Source of the DNA: Gemmatimonadota bacterium
GTDB lineage: Bacteria > Gemmatimonadota > Gemmatimonadetes > Palauibacterales > Palauibacteraceae
DNA: 64,000 nt
Assembly: GCA_963666735.1 (NCBI GenBank)
Contig: OY762926.1
Span: forward strand, 2,144,001 to 2,208,000
Direction: 5' to 3'
Below, piece by piece: positions 35,510-46,095 of the stretch. The translations under genes were made by a program, and so were the position numbers. The first letter of the stretch is position 1; every line of letters starts with the position of its first letter. The notes beneath the pieces were generated by a model. It was not told the origin of the DNA. It worked only from the letters and a program-made list of their open reading frames with translations, and made no database searches.

Positions 35510-36775
35510 TTACTCGTCGTCCCAGCGGCGGATCGCGAGGGAGACGTTGTGGCCTCCAAAGGCGAAGGCGTTGGACAGGGCCGCGGCCACGGGGCGCTCG
35601 ACCGCGCCGCCGTGCGCGTATTCGAGGTCGCACTCGGGATCCGCCTCCCCGAAGTTGATCGTGGGCGGAATCACCCCGTGCCGGCAGACGAGCGCCGAAA
35701 TCACCGCCTCCATCGCTCCGGCGGCGCCGAGGGTGTGGCCCGTCATCGACTTTGTCGAACCCACGACCAGCGAGCGCGCGTGCTCGCCCAGCGCCGCCTT
35801 GATCGCCCTTGTCTCGGAGGCGTCTCCGGCCGGCGTCGATGTCCCGTTCGCGTTGATGTAGCCGATGTCTTCCGGTGCGAGGCCCGCGTCTTCGAGCGCC
35901 TGCTCCATGGCGAGGCGGGCTCCGCGTCCGTCCGGGGCGGGGGACGTCATGTGATACGCATCCGCGCTCTGCCCGAAGCCCGCGATTTCCCCCAGTATCT
36001 CGGCCCGCCGTGCCTTCGCGTGTTCCGCTTCCTCGAGGATCAGCATCCCCGACCCTTCTCCGATCACGAAGCCGTCGCGGGTGGCGTCGAACGGCCGGCA
36101 AGCCCGCTCGGGGTCGTCATTGCGCATCGACATCGCCCCCATGGACGCGAAGCCGGCAACGGCGAGCGGCGTGACCGCGGACTCCGTCCCCCCCGCGATC
36201 ATCACATCCGTCTCTCCCCTGCGTATCGAGCGGAAGGCGAGGCCGAGGGCGTGGCCGCTCGAAGCGCAGGCGGACACCGTCGCGTAGTTCGGGCCCTGCA
36301 TCCCGTATCGGATCGACAGGAGTCCGGCCGTCATGTCCGGGATGAACATCGGGACGAGGAGGGGAGACACCGCTCGGGGCCCGCGGGCCAGGAACTTCCG
36401 GTGCTGCGCTTCCAACAGCGGAAGCCCGCCGACCGCAACGCCGACGATCACGCCCGCCCGGTCCGGGGGCATGTCGCCGAATCCGTCCCGGAGACCCGCC
36501 TGTCCCATCGCCTGGTCGGCCGCGGCGATTCCGAACTGAAGGAAGCGGCCCGCGCGGCGCACCCCCTTCCGGTCCAGGTACTTGAGCGGGTCGAAGCCCT
36601 TCACCTCGCACGCGAAGCGAACGGGCTGGCAGGCGGCGTCGAAGAGGGTGACCGGACCCGCTCCGCTCACGCCCTCGAGGAGCGCGCTCCAGGTGGAGTC
36701 CACATCGAGACCGAGGGGCGTGACCATCCCGACGCCGGTGATGACGACACGCCTCGCTGCATCGGTGTGGATCAA
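35510..36775 (-). CDS. fabF: beta-ketoacyl-ACP synthase II-like (first catalytic His replaced by Asn)
   Basis: RRVVITGVG, GPNYATVSACASS, PFDATRDGFV, YINANGTST, KSMTGH, FAFGGHN. Confidence 0.9.
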   Translation of the reverse strand: MIHTDAARRVVITGVGMVTPLGLDVDSTWSALLEGVSGAGPVTLFDAACQPVRFACEVKGFDPLKYLDRKGVRRAGRFLQFGIAAADQAMGQAGLRDGFGDMPPDRAGVIVGVAVGGLPLLEAQHRKFLARGPRAVSPLLVPMFIPDMTAGLLSIRYGMQGPNYATVSACASSGHALGLAFRSIRRGETDVMIAGGTESAVTPLAVAGFASMGAMSMRNDDPERACRPFDATRDGFVIGEGSGMLILEEAEHAKARRAEILGEIAGFGQSADAYHMTSPAPDGRGARLAMEQALEDAGLAPEDIGYINANGTSTPAGDASETRAIKAALGEHARSLVVGSTKSMTGHTLGAAGAMEAVISALVCRHGVIPPTINFGEADPECDLEYAHGGAVERPVAAALSNAFAFGGHNVSLAIRRWDDE

Positions 36776-37149
36776 ACCGGTCCTCTCCAGTCATTCTCGT
36801 TTGGCCTGGAGACGGAGGGATCCCGTCATGGAGTCGTGGGATCGATCTCGTTCCGCCCCTCATCGCCTCGGGGGGAGATAATACTGTGACTCCGCAGAGC
36901 CGACATGGCCTCAGCGCTCGTCGGTGGGACCGAGGTGGAGGTGATCCTGCCACAGGGCACTCGACGGACCGGAGAACGAGAAGTCTCCTCGATGGAGGCG
37001 ACCGAATGTTGCGTCGACCCGTTGAGGCCGCCGAAATTACGGCATGGTCATCCCTTGCACCGCGGGTAGTCGCGGTCTCGCGGCTCCGCATGGACCAACG
37101 TCTGGCGGACGACTCCGCAGTCTCGTCGAGGTGCGCTCCCCGCCCGGGG

Positions 37150-37748
37150 CGAGCACAGGCCTTCGGTCGGCCGGGGCGCTGGCGGCAGCCATGCTTGAGC
37201 CCGTCCGCCGTCTCCGGAGCGGCCTTGGATGCCTTGTTCAGCTCGGTACAGGAGGTTCCCGAGCTTCGCCTCAGCGCAAATCCGGTCTTGGAGATCGGCG
37301 GAGAAGGTGATCCCGCTCGCGAGTTTGTGGCGATCGGGGGGGTCGGGCTGATGAGCGATGGCCGGGTGGTCGTGGGCGACGCGGCGGCGCGGCAAATCCG
37401 TGTGTTTGCGCCCGACGGTGTCCACTTGCTTACTCTGGGAGGGTCTGGTGAGGACCCTGGGGAGTTCGGGAGCCTGGACGCTCTGTGGACCGAGGGCAAT
37501 CGCCTGATTGGGGCGTGGACGCCGAGAACCAGAGAATCACGACGTTTGACGCTCACGCGCCGGAACCCGTGTCGCGAACCGGGCGGCTCGATATCCCGGC
37601 AAGCTCCGGCATGGGCAACGCGCCACAGGCGTTTCTCGGCGCGTTCTCCAACGGAGAGGTGTTTCCGGAAGTTGGCGGCATGCTGCCGGCGGACGGGATC
37701 GGCCTCCTTGGAGTGGAGCGGGTGGCCGTGCATTCTCTGGAGGATTGA
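37150..37748 (+). pseudogene. frameshifted, truncated 6-bladed/NHL beta-propeller gene
   Basis: GRVVVGD..RQIRVF..DG...GGSGEDPGEF. Frame shifts at about 37516-37519 (GAW|DAENQRITTF). Only about two blades remain; boundaries approximate. Confidence 0.7.
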
Positions 37749-40723
37749 TGCGAACAGTCCGACCGTATGCGCACCGGAGGTTGGGTCCACGTCGACTTGG
37801 AGGCTGTCCCTTTTGGGCGGTGGCGCTGCTCGCCACGGCTTCCTGCGGCGGCGAGGGCGCCATCCCCCCGGTCACGCCCGCCGAGCCCGAACCGTCGCGT
37901 CCAACCACGGTGCTGGTCGAGCCGGATGAGGTCGTCCTGGCGATGGGCGATACAGTCCGCCCGACGGTGCGGGTACTGGACCAGCGCTCCCGGCTGATCA
38001 GCGACGCCCCCTTCACATTGGAGAGCAGCGATCCCTCCGTCGTTGCCGTCGCCGGCGAACGCGGACTCGTGCGCGGCATCCGCGAGGGCCTGGCGACTCT
38101 GACGGTGCGGTCGGGAACAGCGGCCGCGTCCGTGCCGGCCACCGTCCGTAGCGCTGACCGGCGGCCGCTGCTCTCCCTGTTCGCCTCGGCGCGGGGCCGG
38201 GAGTGGACGCGCCGGGATGGATGGGATTCCGATGCGCCCGTCGGGGATTGGCATGGCGTCAGCGCCGACGGGGATGGACGCGTCACGGCGCTTCGCCTGG
38301 GCGGCAACGGGTTGCGCGGCACGCTGCCCGGGGAGCTTGGCGAGATGACCCGTCTCGTCGAGCTTCGCCTGGACGAGAACGCGCTCGTGGGCCCCCTGCC
38401 GCGTAGTCTCGCGCAGCTCCCGCTGCGGACGTTCACCTACGGCGGGACGTCGTTGTGCATCCCGCCCGACCAAGTGTTGTCCGACTGGCTGTCGGCGGTG
38501 CCCACGCGCGAGGGACCGACAGAGGCCTGCGTCGACGAACGGCCGGCGCTGGCCGCCTTTTACCGGACCCTCAACGGGCATGTGTGGCACAGGGACGACG
38601 GGTGGCTGTCGGAACGTCCCTTGGGCGAGTGGTACGGCATCGAGACGAACGAGGCGGGCGAGGTGATCGCGATCGAGCTCATGTACAACGGACTCGATGG
38701 CGAGATCCCCGTCGAGCTGACGGAACTCGCACGCCTCGAGTTCCTGCGACTCGACGACAACCGTCTCCGCGGCGCGGTCCCCGCGTGGCTGGGGGACATC
38801 GCCACGCTCCGCGGCCTCTACCTGCGGAACAATGCCCTGTCCGGACCCATTCCGCCCGCCCTCGGCCCGCTGCCGAGGCTTTACGACCTGGAGTTGCAGG
38901 GAAACGAGCTGACCGGCGGCATCCCTCCCGAGCTGGGATCCCTCTCCGAATTGACGCACTTGGACCTCGCCGACAACCGGCTCGAAGGTCCGATTCCGCA
39001 GGAGCTGGGCCGGCTCCACTGGCTGGATTATCTTTCCCTGGCCCGGAACGCGCTCTCGGGGCCGGTTCCGGCGGAGTTGGGGGGTCTCGAACGGATCGAG
39101 ACACTTCGGCTTTCGGACAACCCCGCCCTCGAGGGTCCCCTGCCCGAGTCGCTGGCCACGCTTCCGCTCGAAGAGTTGAGTGCCGTCGGAACGGGGCTGT
39201 GCGCGCCGTCCCGTCCCCCGTTCGTGGCCTGGCTTCAGGCGATGAGGCGCGCCGACGTGGCGCCCTGTCTCGATGAGCCGGTGAACGCGTACCTGACCCA
39301 GGCGATTCAGTCCCTCGACTTTCCCGTGCCGCTGGTGGCGGGGCGCCCCGCGTTGCTACGCGTGTTCGTCGCGTTGCCGGACGCGGAGGGAGCGCCCCTG
39401 CCCGACGTGCGGGCGACTCTCTTCCTCGATGGCGCGCCCGTCCACGAGGCGACGATTCCGCAGGGCGAGGCGACGATTCCGCCTGAGCCCGGGGAAGGCG
39501 ATCTGGCTCTGTCGGCCAACGCGACGATCCCCGGCGGGATCGTGCAACCGGGGCTCGAGTTGGTGCTGGAAGTGGACCGGGGCGGGGCACTGGATCCGGA
39601 GCTGGGTGTGAGCGGCCGGTGGCCGGCCACGGGAAGGCAGGCGATCGAGGTGCGGAGAGTCCCGGAACTGGACCTTACCGTGATCCCGCTCGTCCCACGC
39701 GGCGCCGGCGACAGCATCGTCGCTCTCGTCCAGTCGCTGCATCCCGATCACGAGCTGTTCCGGTCGACACGCGCGCTGCTGCCGGTCGGCGGGTTGGGCG
39801 TGCGTAGGCATGCTCCCGTGACGACGACCCGCACCGGCATATGCGATCTCCTGAACGAGGTCGAAATCATCAGAGTGGCGGAGGGCCGCGGGAACCACTA
39901 CCTCGGCATCGGCGGGACGAGCGGCGGGTGCGCGTTCGTCCCGGGACGGGCGGCCTACTCCGGGCCCGATGCGCTGACCATCGCGCACGAACTGGGTCAC
40001 AACATGAATCTTGGTCACTCTCCGTGCGGTGGCGCGGAGGGAGCGGACGAGGGGTATCCCTTTCGCGAGGCCGCGACGGGGATCTGGGGCTACGACAGCC
40101 GCGATGGCTCGCTCGTCCCGCCCACCCATAAGGATCTCATGTCCTACTGCGGACCTGAGTGGATCAGCCGCTACCAATTCACGAACGCGCTCCGCTTCCG
40201 ACTGGGAGGAAGCGCCGACGCGCACCGGACTCCCGCCCGCGCCGGGCGTCAACTCCTCGTCTCCGGCCACCTGGACGACCGCGGCGCCCCGATTCTCAAT
40301 CCGGCCTTCGTCATCGCATCGCGGCCGGCCCTGCCCCCCGAGGACGGCCCGTGGACCATCGCGGGCCGGACGGTAGATGGCCGGAGTCTCTTCCGGCTGG
40401 GCTTCGAGATGCCGGACGTCGCGGACCGCGGGCGGCCGGGGTTCGTGTTTGCGATTCCCGCCGACCCCGCATGGGCGCGGGAGCTGGCCGTCATCTCGCT
40501 CCGCGGGCCGGGCGGGACGGCGGAACTGGGAGCGGCGAGCGAGTCGCCCATGGCGATCCTTCGCGATCCGGCGACCGGGGAGGTGCGGGCGATCCTGCGG
40601 GACGCGCCCGCCGCCGCGATGGCGCGAGGGGCCGCCGCGGGCGACGATCCGTACACGCGCCTCGACGCGATGGTCAGCCGCGGGCTCCCGGACGCATCGG
40701 ACTGGCGGCGTCGAGAAGAGTGA
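37745..40723 (+). CDS. lipoprotein with Ig-like, plant-type LRR and Zn-metallopeptidase domains
   Basis: Lipobox [13 protein letters not shown] Ig-like motif; LxLxxNxLxGxIPxxLG repeats; [11 protein letters not shown] and DLMSYC Met-turn. Confidence 0.9.
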   Translation: MMRTVRPYAHRRLGPRRLGGCPFWAVALLATASCGGEGAIPPVTPAEPEPSRPTTVLVEPDEVVLAMGDTVRPTVRVLDQRSRLISDAPFTLESSDPSVVAVAGERGLVRGIREGLATLTVRSGTAAASVPATVRSADRRPLLSLFASARGREWTRRDGWDSDAPVGDWHGVSADGDGRVTALRLGGNGLRGTLPGELGEMTRLVELRLDENALVGPLPRSLAQLPLRTFTYGGTSLCIPPDQVLSDWLSAVPTREGPTEACVDERPALAAFYRTLNGHVWHRDDGWLSERPLGEWYGIETNEAGEVIAIELMYNGLDGEIPVELTELARLEFLRLDDNRLRGAVPAWLGDIATLRGLYLRNNALSGPIPPALGPLPRLYDLELQGNELTGGIPPELGSLSELTHLDLADNRLEGPIPQELGRLHWLDYLSLARNALSGPVPAELGGLERIETLRLSDNPALEGPLPESLATLPLEELSAVGTGLCAPSRPPFVAWLQAMRRADVAPCLDEPVNAYLTQAIQSLDFPVPLVAGRPALLRVFVALPDAEGAPLPDVRATLFLDGAPVHEATIPQGEATIPPEPGEGDLALSANATIPGGIVQPGLELVLEVDRGGALDPELGVSGRWPATGRQAIEVRRVPELDLTVIPLVPRGAGDSIVALVQSLHPDHELFRSTRALLPVGGLGVRRHAPVTTTRTGICDLLNEVEIIRVAEGRGNHYLGIGGTSGGCAFVPGRAAYSGPDALTIAHELGHNMNLGHSPCGGAEGADEGYPFREAATGIWGYDSRDGSLVPPTHKDLMSYCGPEWISRYQFTNALRFRLGGSADAHRTPARAGRQLLVSGHLDDRGAPILNPAFVIASRPALPPEDGPWTIAGRTVDGRSLFRLGFEMPDVADRGRPGFVFAIPADPAWARELAVISLRGPGGTAELGAASESPMAILRDPATGEVRAILRDAPAAAMARGAAAGDDPYTRLDAMVSRGLPDASDWRRREE

Positions 40724-42021
40724 GAAGGCCACGGATCCTCGACTTTGGACCGCAGCGCATCCGGAACCTGACGGGGGCCGTCGCGGTGGCCGGCCTGTCG
40801 GCGGCCCGTCCGGCGGTGGCCCAGGAGGTCATCGACCTGCCTTCGGAAGACCGCCACCTGAATCCGGCGTTGGACGAAGTCTACAGAGTCGGTTCCGTGT
40901 TGGGCGAAGACTGGGAACAGTTCGGCAACGTGCGCCGCGTGGCGTTCGATGCCGCGGGCCGGTTGTACATCTTCGACAACCAATTGGCTCGGGTCGTCGT
41001 CGTGGGCGCCGACGGCGGGTTCCGGCGGGCCTTCGGGCGGGCGGGGGATGGGCCGGGCGAGTTCCGCAGCCCGGATGGATTCGCGGTCATGCGGGACGGG
41101 CGCGTCGTGATGGGGGATCTCGGGCATCGCGCCTACCACATCTTCGGCGCGGACGGCGAATTCGAGCGCATGGTGCGGATGGCGCCCGAACCGGGTACCA
41201 CGCGGATCACCGACCTCCTGCCCGACCCGCGAGAAGAAGCCGTGTATTCCGCCGTGGGCGCGCAAATGCTCAGGAGCGGCTCCGGCACCGCGCCGCGAAC
41301 GACTCCGCCCACGTCGCGGCCGGTCGAACGCCTCATCCTGACTGGCGACGTGGCGGTCAAGGACACCGTCGCGGAGGGTTGGCTCCCGCAACGCGAAGCC
41401 CGAACCGGGCTGCCGGCCGGCGGTCGGCCCAGCTTCGATTATCCACCCCGGCAAGTGTTCGGCCCGATGATGCTGGCCGGAGTGCTTCCGGACGGTAGCG
41501 TGGCGTTTTCCGACTCGTCCGCGTACGCGATCAAGATTGCGCGGGCCGGGGCGGGGGTCCTCCGAATCCTGCGGCGGCCCCTCCGGCCGACGCGGGTCAC
41601 CGACCGTGTGATCGAAAATGAGCGAGAACGGCGCGCTGCACTCGCGGCGGCGGGCCGGGGGCCCAGGATGGTGATCAACGGCGTCGAGTTCTTTCCGCAA
41701 GTCGAGCGTCTTGACCGTGTGGGAGTCTTCACCGAGGTATCGATTGCCCGGGGACTGAGAACGAGTTGGGAGGGCGAGATCTGGGTGCGGCGCCGCGGCG
41801 AGGAGCCCGGCGACGATGCTGGCCCCATCGATGTTCTGACCATGGACGGGCGCTACGTGGGAACCTATCCGGCGGGTGCGATCGCGCTGCCGGACGCTTT
41901 CGGTCCGGACGGCTTGGCCGCGTTCATCGAACAGGACGAAATGGATGTGGAGACGGTGGTGGTGAAGCGGCTGCGGCGGTCCGCGCGACAAGAGAACCAG
42001 CCGGAGCCGCCGACGGATTAA
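40720..42021 (+). CDS. secreted 6-bladed (NHL-like) beta-propeller protein
   Basis: [24 protein letters not shown]-terminal [14 protein letters not shown] overlap. Confidence 0.85.
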   Translation: MRRPRILDFGPQRIRNLTGAVAVAGLSAARPAVAQEVIDLPSEDRHLNPALDEVYRVGSVLGEDWEQFGNVRRVAFDAAGRLYIFDNQLARVVVVGADGGFRRAFGRAGDGPGEFRSPDGFAVMRDGRVVMGDLGHRAYHIFGADGEFERMVRMAPEPGTTRITDLLPDPREEAVYSAVGAQMLRSGSGTAPRTTPPTSRPVERLILTGDVAVKDTVAEGWLPQREARTGLPAGGRPSFDYPPRQVFGPMMLAGVLPDGSVAFSDSSAYAIKIARAGAGVLRILRRPLRPTRVTDRVIENERERRAALAAAGRGPRMVINGVEFFPQVERLDRVGVFTEVSIARGLRTSWEGEIWVRRRGEEPGDDAGPIDVLTMDGRYVGTYPAGAIALPDAFGPDGLAAFIEQDEMDVETVVVKRLRRSARQENQPEPPTD

Positions 42022-42087
42022 CCCGTCTCCCGCGACGATCCCGACGATGCGCCGATCCGCCCCTTAGACTTCGCCCTACTCTCCTAG

Positions 42088-42287
42088 CGGAGGGGGTGGG
42101 ATTGGGTCGCCGCCACGCGGCTCCCCGAGCTCGCTCCCTTCGGTCGCTCGGTTCGAACCCACGTGGGCTTTCGCCCCTATTGCCAAACGGAGGGGGTGGG
42201 ATTGGGTCGCCGCTACGCGGCTCCCCGAGCTCGCTCCCTTCGGTCGCTCGGTTCGAACCCACGTGGGCTTTCGCCCCTATTGCCAAA
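42088..42287 (-). repeat. two 100-bp tandem repeats derived from the tRNA-Ser 3' end, with a T-loop insertion
   Basis: Units 42088-42187 and 42188-42287 differ at one base. Confidence 0.95.
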
Positions 42288-42371
42288 CGGAGGGGGTGGG
42301 ATTCGAACCCACGTGGGCTTTCGCCCGCCGGTTTTCAAGACCGGTGCATTCAGCCGCTCTGCCACCCCTCC
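42288..42371 (-). tRNA. tRNA-Ser (TGA)
   Basis: GGAGGGG acceptor, CCGGT-CT-TGA-AA-ACCGG arm, variable arm GGGC-GAAA-GCCC, GTGGG-TTCGAAT-CCCAC, G discriminator. Confidence 0.96.
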
Positions 42372-42615
42372 GGATGACGCCGGCGCCCCGCGTACCAGGA
42401 TTTTCGAGCGGGACCGCGGCGCTGCTCGCGGGGCAAGATAGTGCCATCGGTCGGCCTTCGCGCGCGACGGCGCGGAGAGTGTCCGAGGACCGGAGGCCGC
42501 ACATGGAGGGGCGGTTGTTCGCAGTCGTGGCGACCGGCATCTTCAAGCTTCGAATCGACGAAGGGCCTCAGGTCGACGCCGCCGCTACCGACGGTCGCGC
42601 GAAGGGAGGGAAGCG

Positions 42616-43062
42616 ATGACGAGGATCGGGCGTATCCGGGCCGGATTGGCGGGCTTCGCGGCGGTCGCGGCGATGGCCGTTTCCTCCGGCGCCGCGCAGG
42701 CTCAGGAGTCTTGGCTCATCGGGACGTGGCAGGTCACGGCGGAGTCCACGAACATGCCGGGCCCCAGCATCGCCATGACATGGACGGTCGAGACGGCGGA
42801 AGATGGAACCTTCACGGGAAGCTGGACGGGGGCGGCGGCGGGCGAGAGCTACACTGCCGAAATGTCCGATATCTCGGTCGATGGAGACGCCTTTGGTTTC
42901 ACCGTGCACGTCGAGGACCAAGGGCAGACGGGGGAGTTCGTCTTCGAGGGGACGATGGCGGAAGGCAAGATCAGCGGCACCTTCGAGGTTCGCTCCGAAG
43001 GAATGCCGGCGGCGGTCACGGGGATCTTCGACGGTGCCCGGGATGAGGGCGGCGGCCCCTGA
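42616..43062 (+). CDS. secreted beta-rich hypothetical protein
   Basis: Signal peptide ending AQA, LIGTW, alternating beta patterns; GGGAGG RBS. Confidence 0.75.
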   Translation: MTRIGRIRAGLAGFAAVAAMAVSSGAAQAQESWLIGTWQVTAESTNMPGPSIAMTWTVETAEDGTFTGSWTGAAAGESYTAEMSDISVDGDAFGFTVHVEDQGQTGEFVFEGTMAEGKISGTFEVRSEGMPAAVTGIFDGARDEGGGP

Positions 43063-43076
43063 CGGACGAGGCGGAA

Positions 43077-43149
<73 letters not shown>

Positions 43150-43174
43150 AGGTCGTGCAGACTGCCGCGGCAAA

Positions 43175-43248
43175 TGGGGCGGGAGGGACTTGAACCCCCG
43201 ACTTCTGCGATGTGAACGCAGCGCTCTGGCCAGCTGAGCTACCGCCCC
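43175..43248 (-). tRNA. tRNA-Val (CAC)
   Basis: CTGCG-TT-CAC-AT-CGCAG arm; GGGGCGG acceptor; A discriminator. Confidence 0.95.
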
Positions 43249-43260
43249 GCACGGTTCGCG

Positions 43261-43289
43261 ACGCTACGCCGTGCGCGCCCCCGTGTCAA
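43261..43289 (-). promoter_or_regulatory. sigma70 promoter of the tRNA-Val/Gly pair
   Basis: TTGACA (43289-43284), 17 bp, TAGCGT (43266-43261), 12 nt before tRNA-Val. Confidence 0.75.
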
Positions 43290-43302
43290 AAGCAGGCGGC
43301 GG

Positions 43303-44685
43303 TCACGAACCGTCGGACGACACCTCGATCAGGTCGTACATTCGCACGAACTCGATGCCCAGTTCGTCCCGCCAAACACCCAACACGTAGTCGGATCCGA
43401 TGTCGTGTGGGCGGAAGCCGGGAGGCAGCACGACGGTATTGGCACCGGAGTCCCCAATGCCCTTCATGTCGAACGCAGCCTGGACACGCCATCGGGAGGG
43501 CGCGTTCTCGCCGGCCGACGGATCGAACACCTCCAACCACACATTGCCGCCCTCCTGCAGGGCGAGCGACTTGAACGCGGGGACGGAAACCGCAGTCGCG
43601 GCCAGGAACTCCTCATACCGCGGCCGCCACTTCCGGCGTTCTCGGCGGTCCAGGAAGTTGGAGATCCATTCGTCGACCCACGCCAGGCGGACCCCGGCTC
43701 CATCGACCGCCTCCTTCGATGCCACGTCGAGTGCGAATACGACTCGTGGCTTGCCCTGAGCATCGTAGACGGTGATCGGAGGAGGCCCCGGAGTGGCCGG
43801 AGACCCGGAGGTATGCCCGATGGCGACCCAGCCGTCGCGCACGGCGACCGCCGCCGACTTAAGTAGGGGCATCGGTACTTGAGCCACGCCGCCAACGCGA
43901 AAACTTCCGTCTCCCGAGCCCGTTTCCATTTGAGATAGCCGCTCGTCTCCCGGCATGGCGCTGGCGAACGGCACGGCTTGTCCCGCAGTGTCTATCAGCA
44001 CGGGTTGGACGACGGGGGCCCGAAACGTGAGCACGCTGCCCGGATAGTCTCCGTAGCGCTCCCGCAGGCCTTCACCCTCCACCTCTTCAAGTCCCACCAA
44101 TGTTCCGTTGGCGAGAAATCCGTACATGTGGATTCTACGCCCTGCCGCCTGGATGCCTCGGGACACGCGGTATGTTCGATCGTGCGCTCCGTCGGAAGAA
44201 AACACGCTTACTCGCCCCAGCAACATATCCATGGCTGCGATCCGACCGTCCTCGAGCGCCCCGATGAGAGACAGACCCCTGAACTCGCCCGGGCCGTCTC
44301 CCGCTCGGCCGGCAGATGCCAGAAAATCGCCGTTCGAATCGAAGAACTTGAGCTCCCGCGCTCCCGCGTTCGCCACAACAACACGGCCGTCCCGCAGGCG
44401 AATCGCGCCGGTGACGCCGTAGAGAATGGCGTCCGCGCCGTCAGCCAATCCGATCTGCAACCGCGGCCGGTCGGAAACTCGATAGCGTGGCGGCTCCTGA
44501 CCCTGCTCCACCAAGTCACCCGCAGCGCCGGGGAAGCCGGCATGTGCCGCTGACAAGGCTGCGCGCCCCTGCTCCGGCCGACCTTCCCCTCCACATGCGG
44601 AGGCGGCGACTGGGAGCGCCGAGGCCAAGAGGGCACATGCCGTCCAACTGGACGCGCGGCTCAAACCTCCGCGCGGGAGTTTCAT
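43303..44685 (-). CDS. 6-bladed beta-propeller lipoprotein
   Basis: Lipobox [30 protein letters not shown]-terminal VLGVWRDELGIEFVRMY. Confidence 0.85.
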   Translation of the reverse strand: MKLPRGGLSRASSWTACALLASALPVAASACGGEGRPEQGRAALSAAHAGFPGAAGDLVEQGQEPPRYRVSDRPRLQIGLADGADAILYGVTGAIRLRDGRVVVANAGARELKFFDSNGDFLASAGRAGDGPGEFRGLSLIGALEDGRIAAMDMLLGRVSVFSSDGAHDRTYRVSRGIQAAGRRIHMYGFLANGTLVGLEEVEGEGLRERYGDYPGSVLTFRAPVVQPVLIDTAGQAVPFASAMPGDERLSQMETGSGDGSFRVGGVAQVPMPLLKSAAVAVRDGWVAIGHTSGSPATPGPPPITVYDAQGKPRVVFALDVASKEAVDGAGVRLAWVDEWISNFLDRRERRKWRPRYEEFLAATAVSVPAFKSLALQEGGNVWLEVFDPSAGENAPSRWRVQAAFDMKGIGDSGANTVVLPPGFRPHDIGSDYVLGVWRDELGIEFVRMYDLIEVSSDGS

Positions 44686-44954
44686 TGGATAGAGAAGCAG
44701 TACCACCAATTGACTTGACCGGTGCGCGAGTCGCAGCCGACTTCGCAGTAAGTGGGACCGCCGTCGCAAATCCATTTCCCGAAGGCCCCGATCGCCTCCC
44801 ACGCAGCCTCGCACGCGTCGGCTGGATCCTCCTGTGCGCAGAGCGGCTCCGCACCGATGATGCCTCCGGTGTAGGTGCTTTCGACGGGGGCGAAGGTGAA
44901 CACGAGCGCGATGCAGCACGCGGGGAGCATTGCTGCGATTCGACCCTTCATCAT
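44682..44954 (-). CDS. small secreted Cys-rich peptide (90 aa)
   Basis: GGAGGAAG RBS; hydrophobic N-terminus; six Cys after the signal; stop overlaps the propeller ATG (ATGA). Confidence 0.75.
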   Translation of the reverse strand: MMKGRIAAMLPACCIALVFTFAPVESTYTGGIIGAEPLCAQEDPADACEAAWEAIGAFGKWICDGGPTYCEVGCDSRTGQVNWWYCFSIQ

Positions 44955-45086
44955 CTTCCTCCCGCTGGAAGCATCTTCCTCCCGCTGGAAGCAACGAATC
45001 GACACTCGGACTACCAAAGCGCCGGGGAGTAGTGGTGCCCGTGTCAAGCCCTTGCCTTCCCGGGCCGGATGCAGACCGCTGGCGGG

Positions 45087-46091
45087 TCAGTTGCGCCAGG
45101 GCGTGAGCATCCTGAACAGGGCGTCCGTGTTGTCCTGCACGAACTCGCGAACGCTCTTCTCCGTGTTGGCGCGGGTGGAGATGTAGCACTGCCGGCACGC
45201 GTTCTGCTTCGTGAACTTCTCCAGCATGTCTTCCTGCCGGTCGAAGTACGCCATCACCATCGCGCACGGCGTGAGCCTTCCGTCCGGGTTGATGACGAGG
45301 AAGCGGCGTCCCGCCTGGCAGCCGGGGATCCCTCCCTCCGTCAGGAACCGGTGGAATTTCCACAGCACGCGGGGCGTCGTGTAGACCGGATAGCCCGCGT
45401 TTCGGAGGTCGATGACCTCCTGCAGGCTCTCCGCCAGCCCGTCCAGCCCGTCCCCCTCGATGAGCCCGTCTCGATCCTGCACCCTAAGGTGCGTGTAGAC
45501 GGAGAAGTTGATCGGCACGCCCCAGTCCTTCGCGACGCGCACCATGTCTCCGATGTCCCGGTAGTTCCACGCGGTGATGCACACGTTGAGCAGGATGTCG
45601 TCCGTGTCCGCACTCTGGCGCCGGATCTCGGGAACCACGCGGGCCATGCGGTCGAACAGTCCGGGAATGCGGCGGAACTCGTCGTGCCGTTCGTCGGGGA
45701 AATCGAGCGAGGTGGACAGCTGGTGCATCCCGCTGTCCTTGAGACGGACGAAGCGTTCCGGCGTGAGGTTCGACGCGTTCGTGACCACGATCATCCAGGG
45801 CAGCCCGCCCTTGTTCGTCATCGCGTCGACGATGTCGTACACGTCTCCGCGCGCGAGCGGTTCCCCTCCGGAAGCATGCGACACGACGGGCCGAAGCTCC
45901 CGGCAGATCGCCGCGTACTCCTCCGCCCCGAGGCGCTCCTCCTTGATCGGACCGCCCCAGTTGCAGTGCCAGCAGTTCGCCGTGCAGGCGTGCGTGATCT
46001 CGAACGAGACGGAGAGCGGCTTGTTCTGAATCCGGTTGCGGATACCCCGCGCGAGCATGCGTGCGGCCATGGCTCCGGAGATGTTCGGCAT
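45087..46091 (-). CDS. radical SAM protein with Twitch/SPASM-like tail
   Basis: CTANCWHC, SGGEPL, VTN; C-terminal CQAG...INPDGRLTPC...CRQC. Confidence 0.9.
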   Translation of the reverse strand: MPNISGAMAARMLARGIRNRIQNKPLSVSFEITHACTANCWHCNWGGPIKEERLGAEEYAAICRELRPVVSHASGGEPLARGDVYDIVDAMTNKGGLPWMIVVTNASNLTPERFVRLKDSGMHQLSTSLDFPDERHDEFRRIPGLFDRMARVVPEIRRQSADTDDILLNVCITAWNYRDIGDMVRVAKDWGVPINFSVYTHLRVQDRDGLIEGDGLDGLAESLQEVIDLRNAGYPVYTTPRVLWKFHRFLTEGGIPGCQAGRRFLVINPDGRLTPCAMVMAYFDRQEDMLEKFTKQNACRQCYISTRANTEKSVREFVQDNTDALFRMLTPWRN

Positions 46092-46095
46092 CCGA

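Noticed and set aside
36905..37069. Small ORF upstream of the propeller pseudogene as a second Cys peptide
   Set aside because: No signal peptide, only a CC pair, and no convincing RBS.
42088..42330. CRISPR array
   Set aside because: The intervening sequences are identical rather than unique spacers, the repeat is tRNA-derived, and there are no cas genes.
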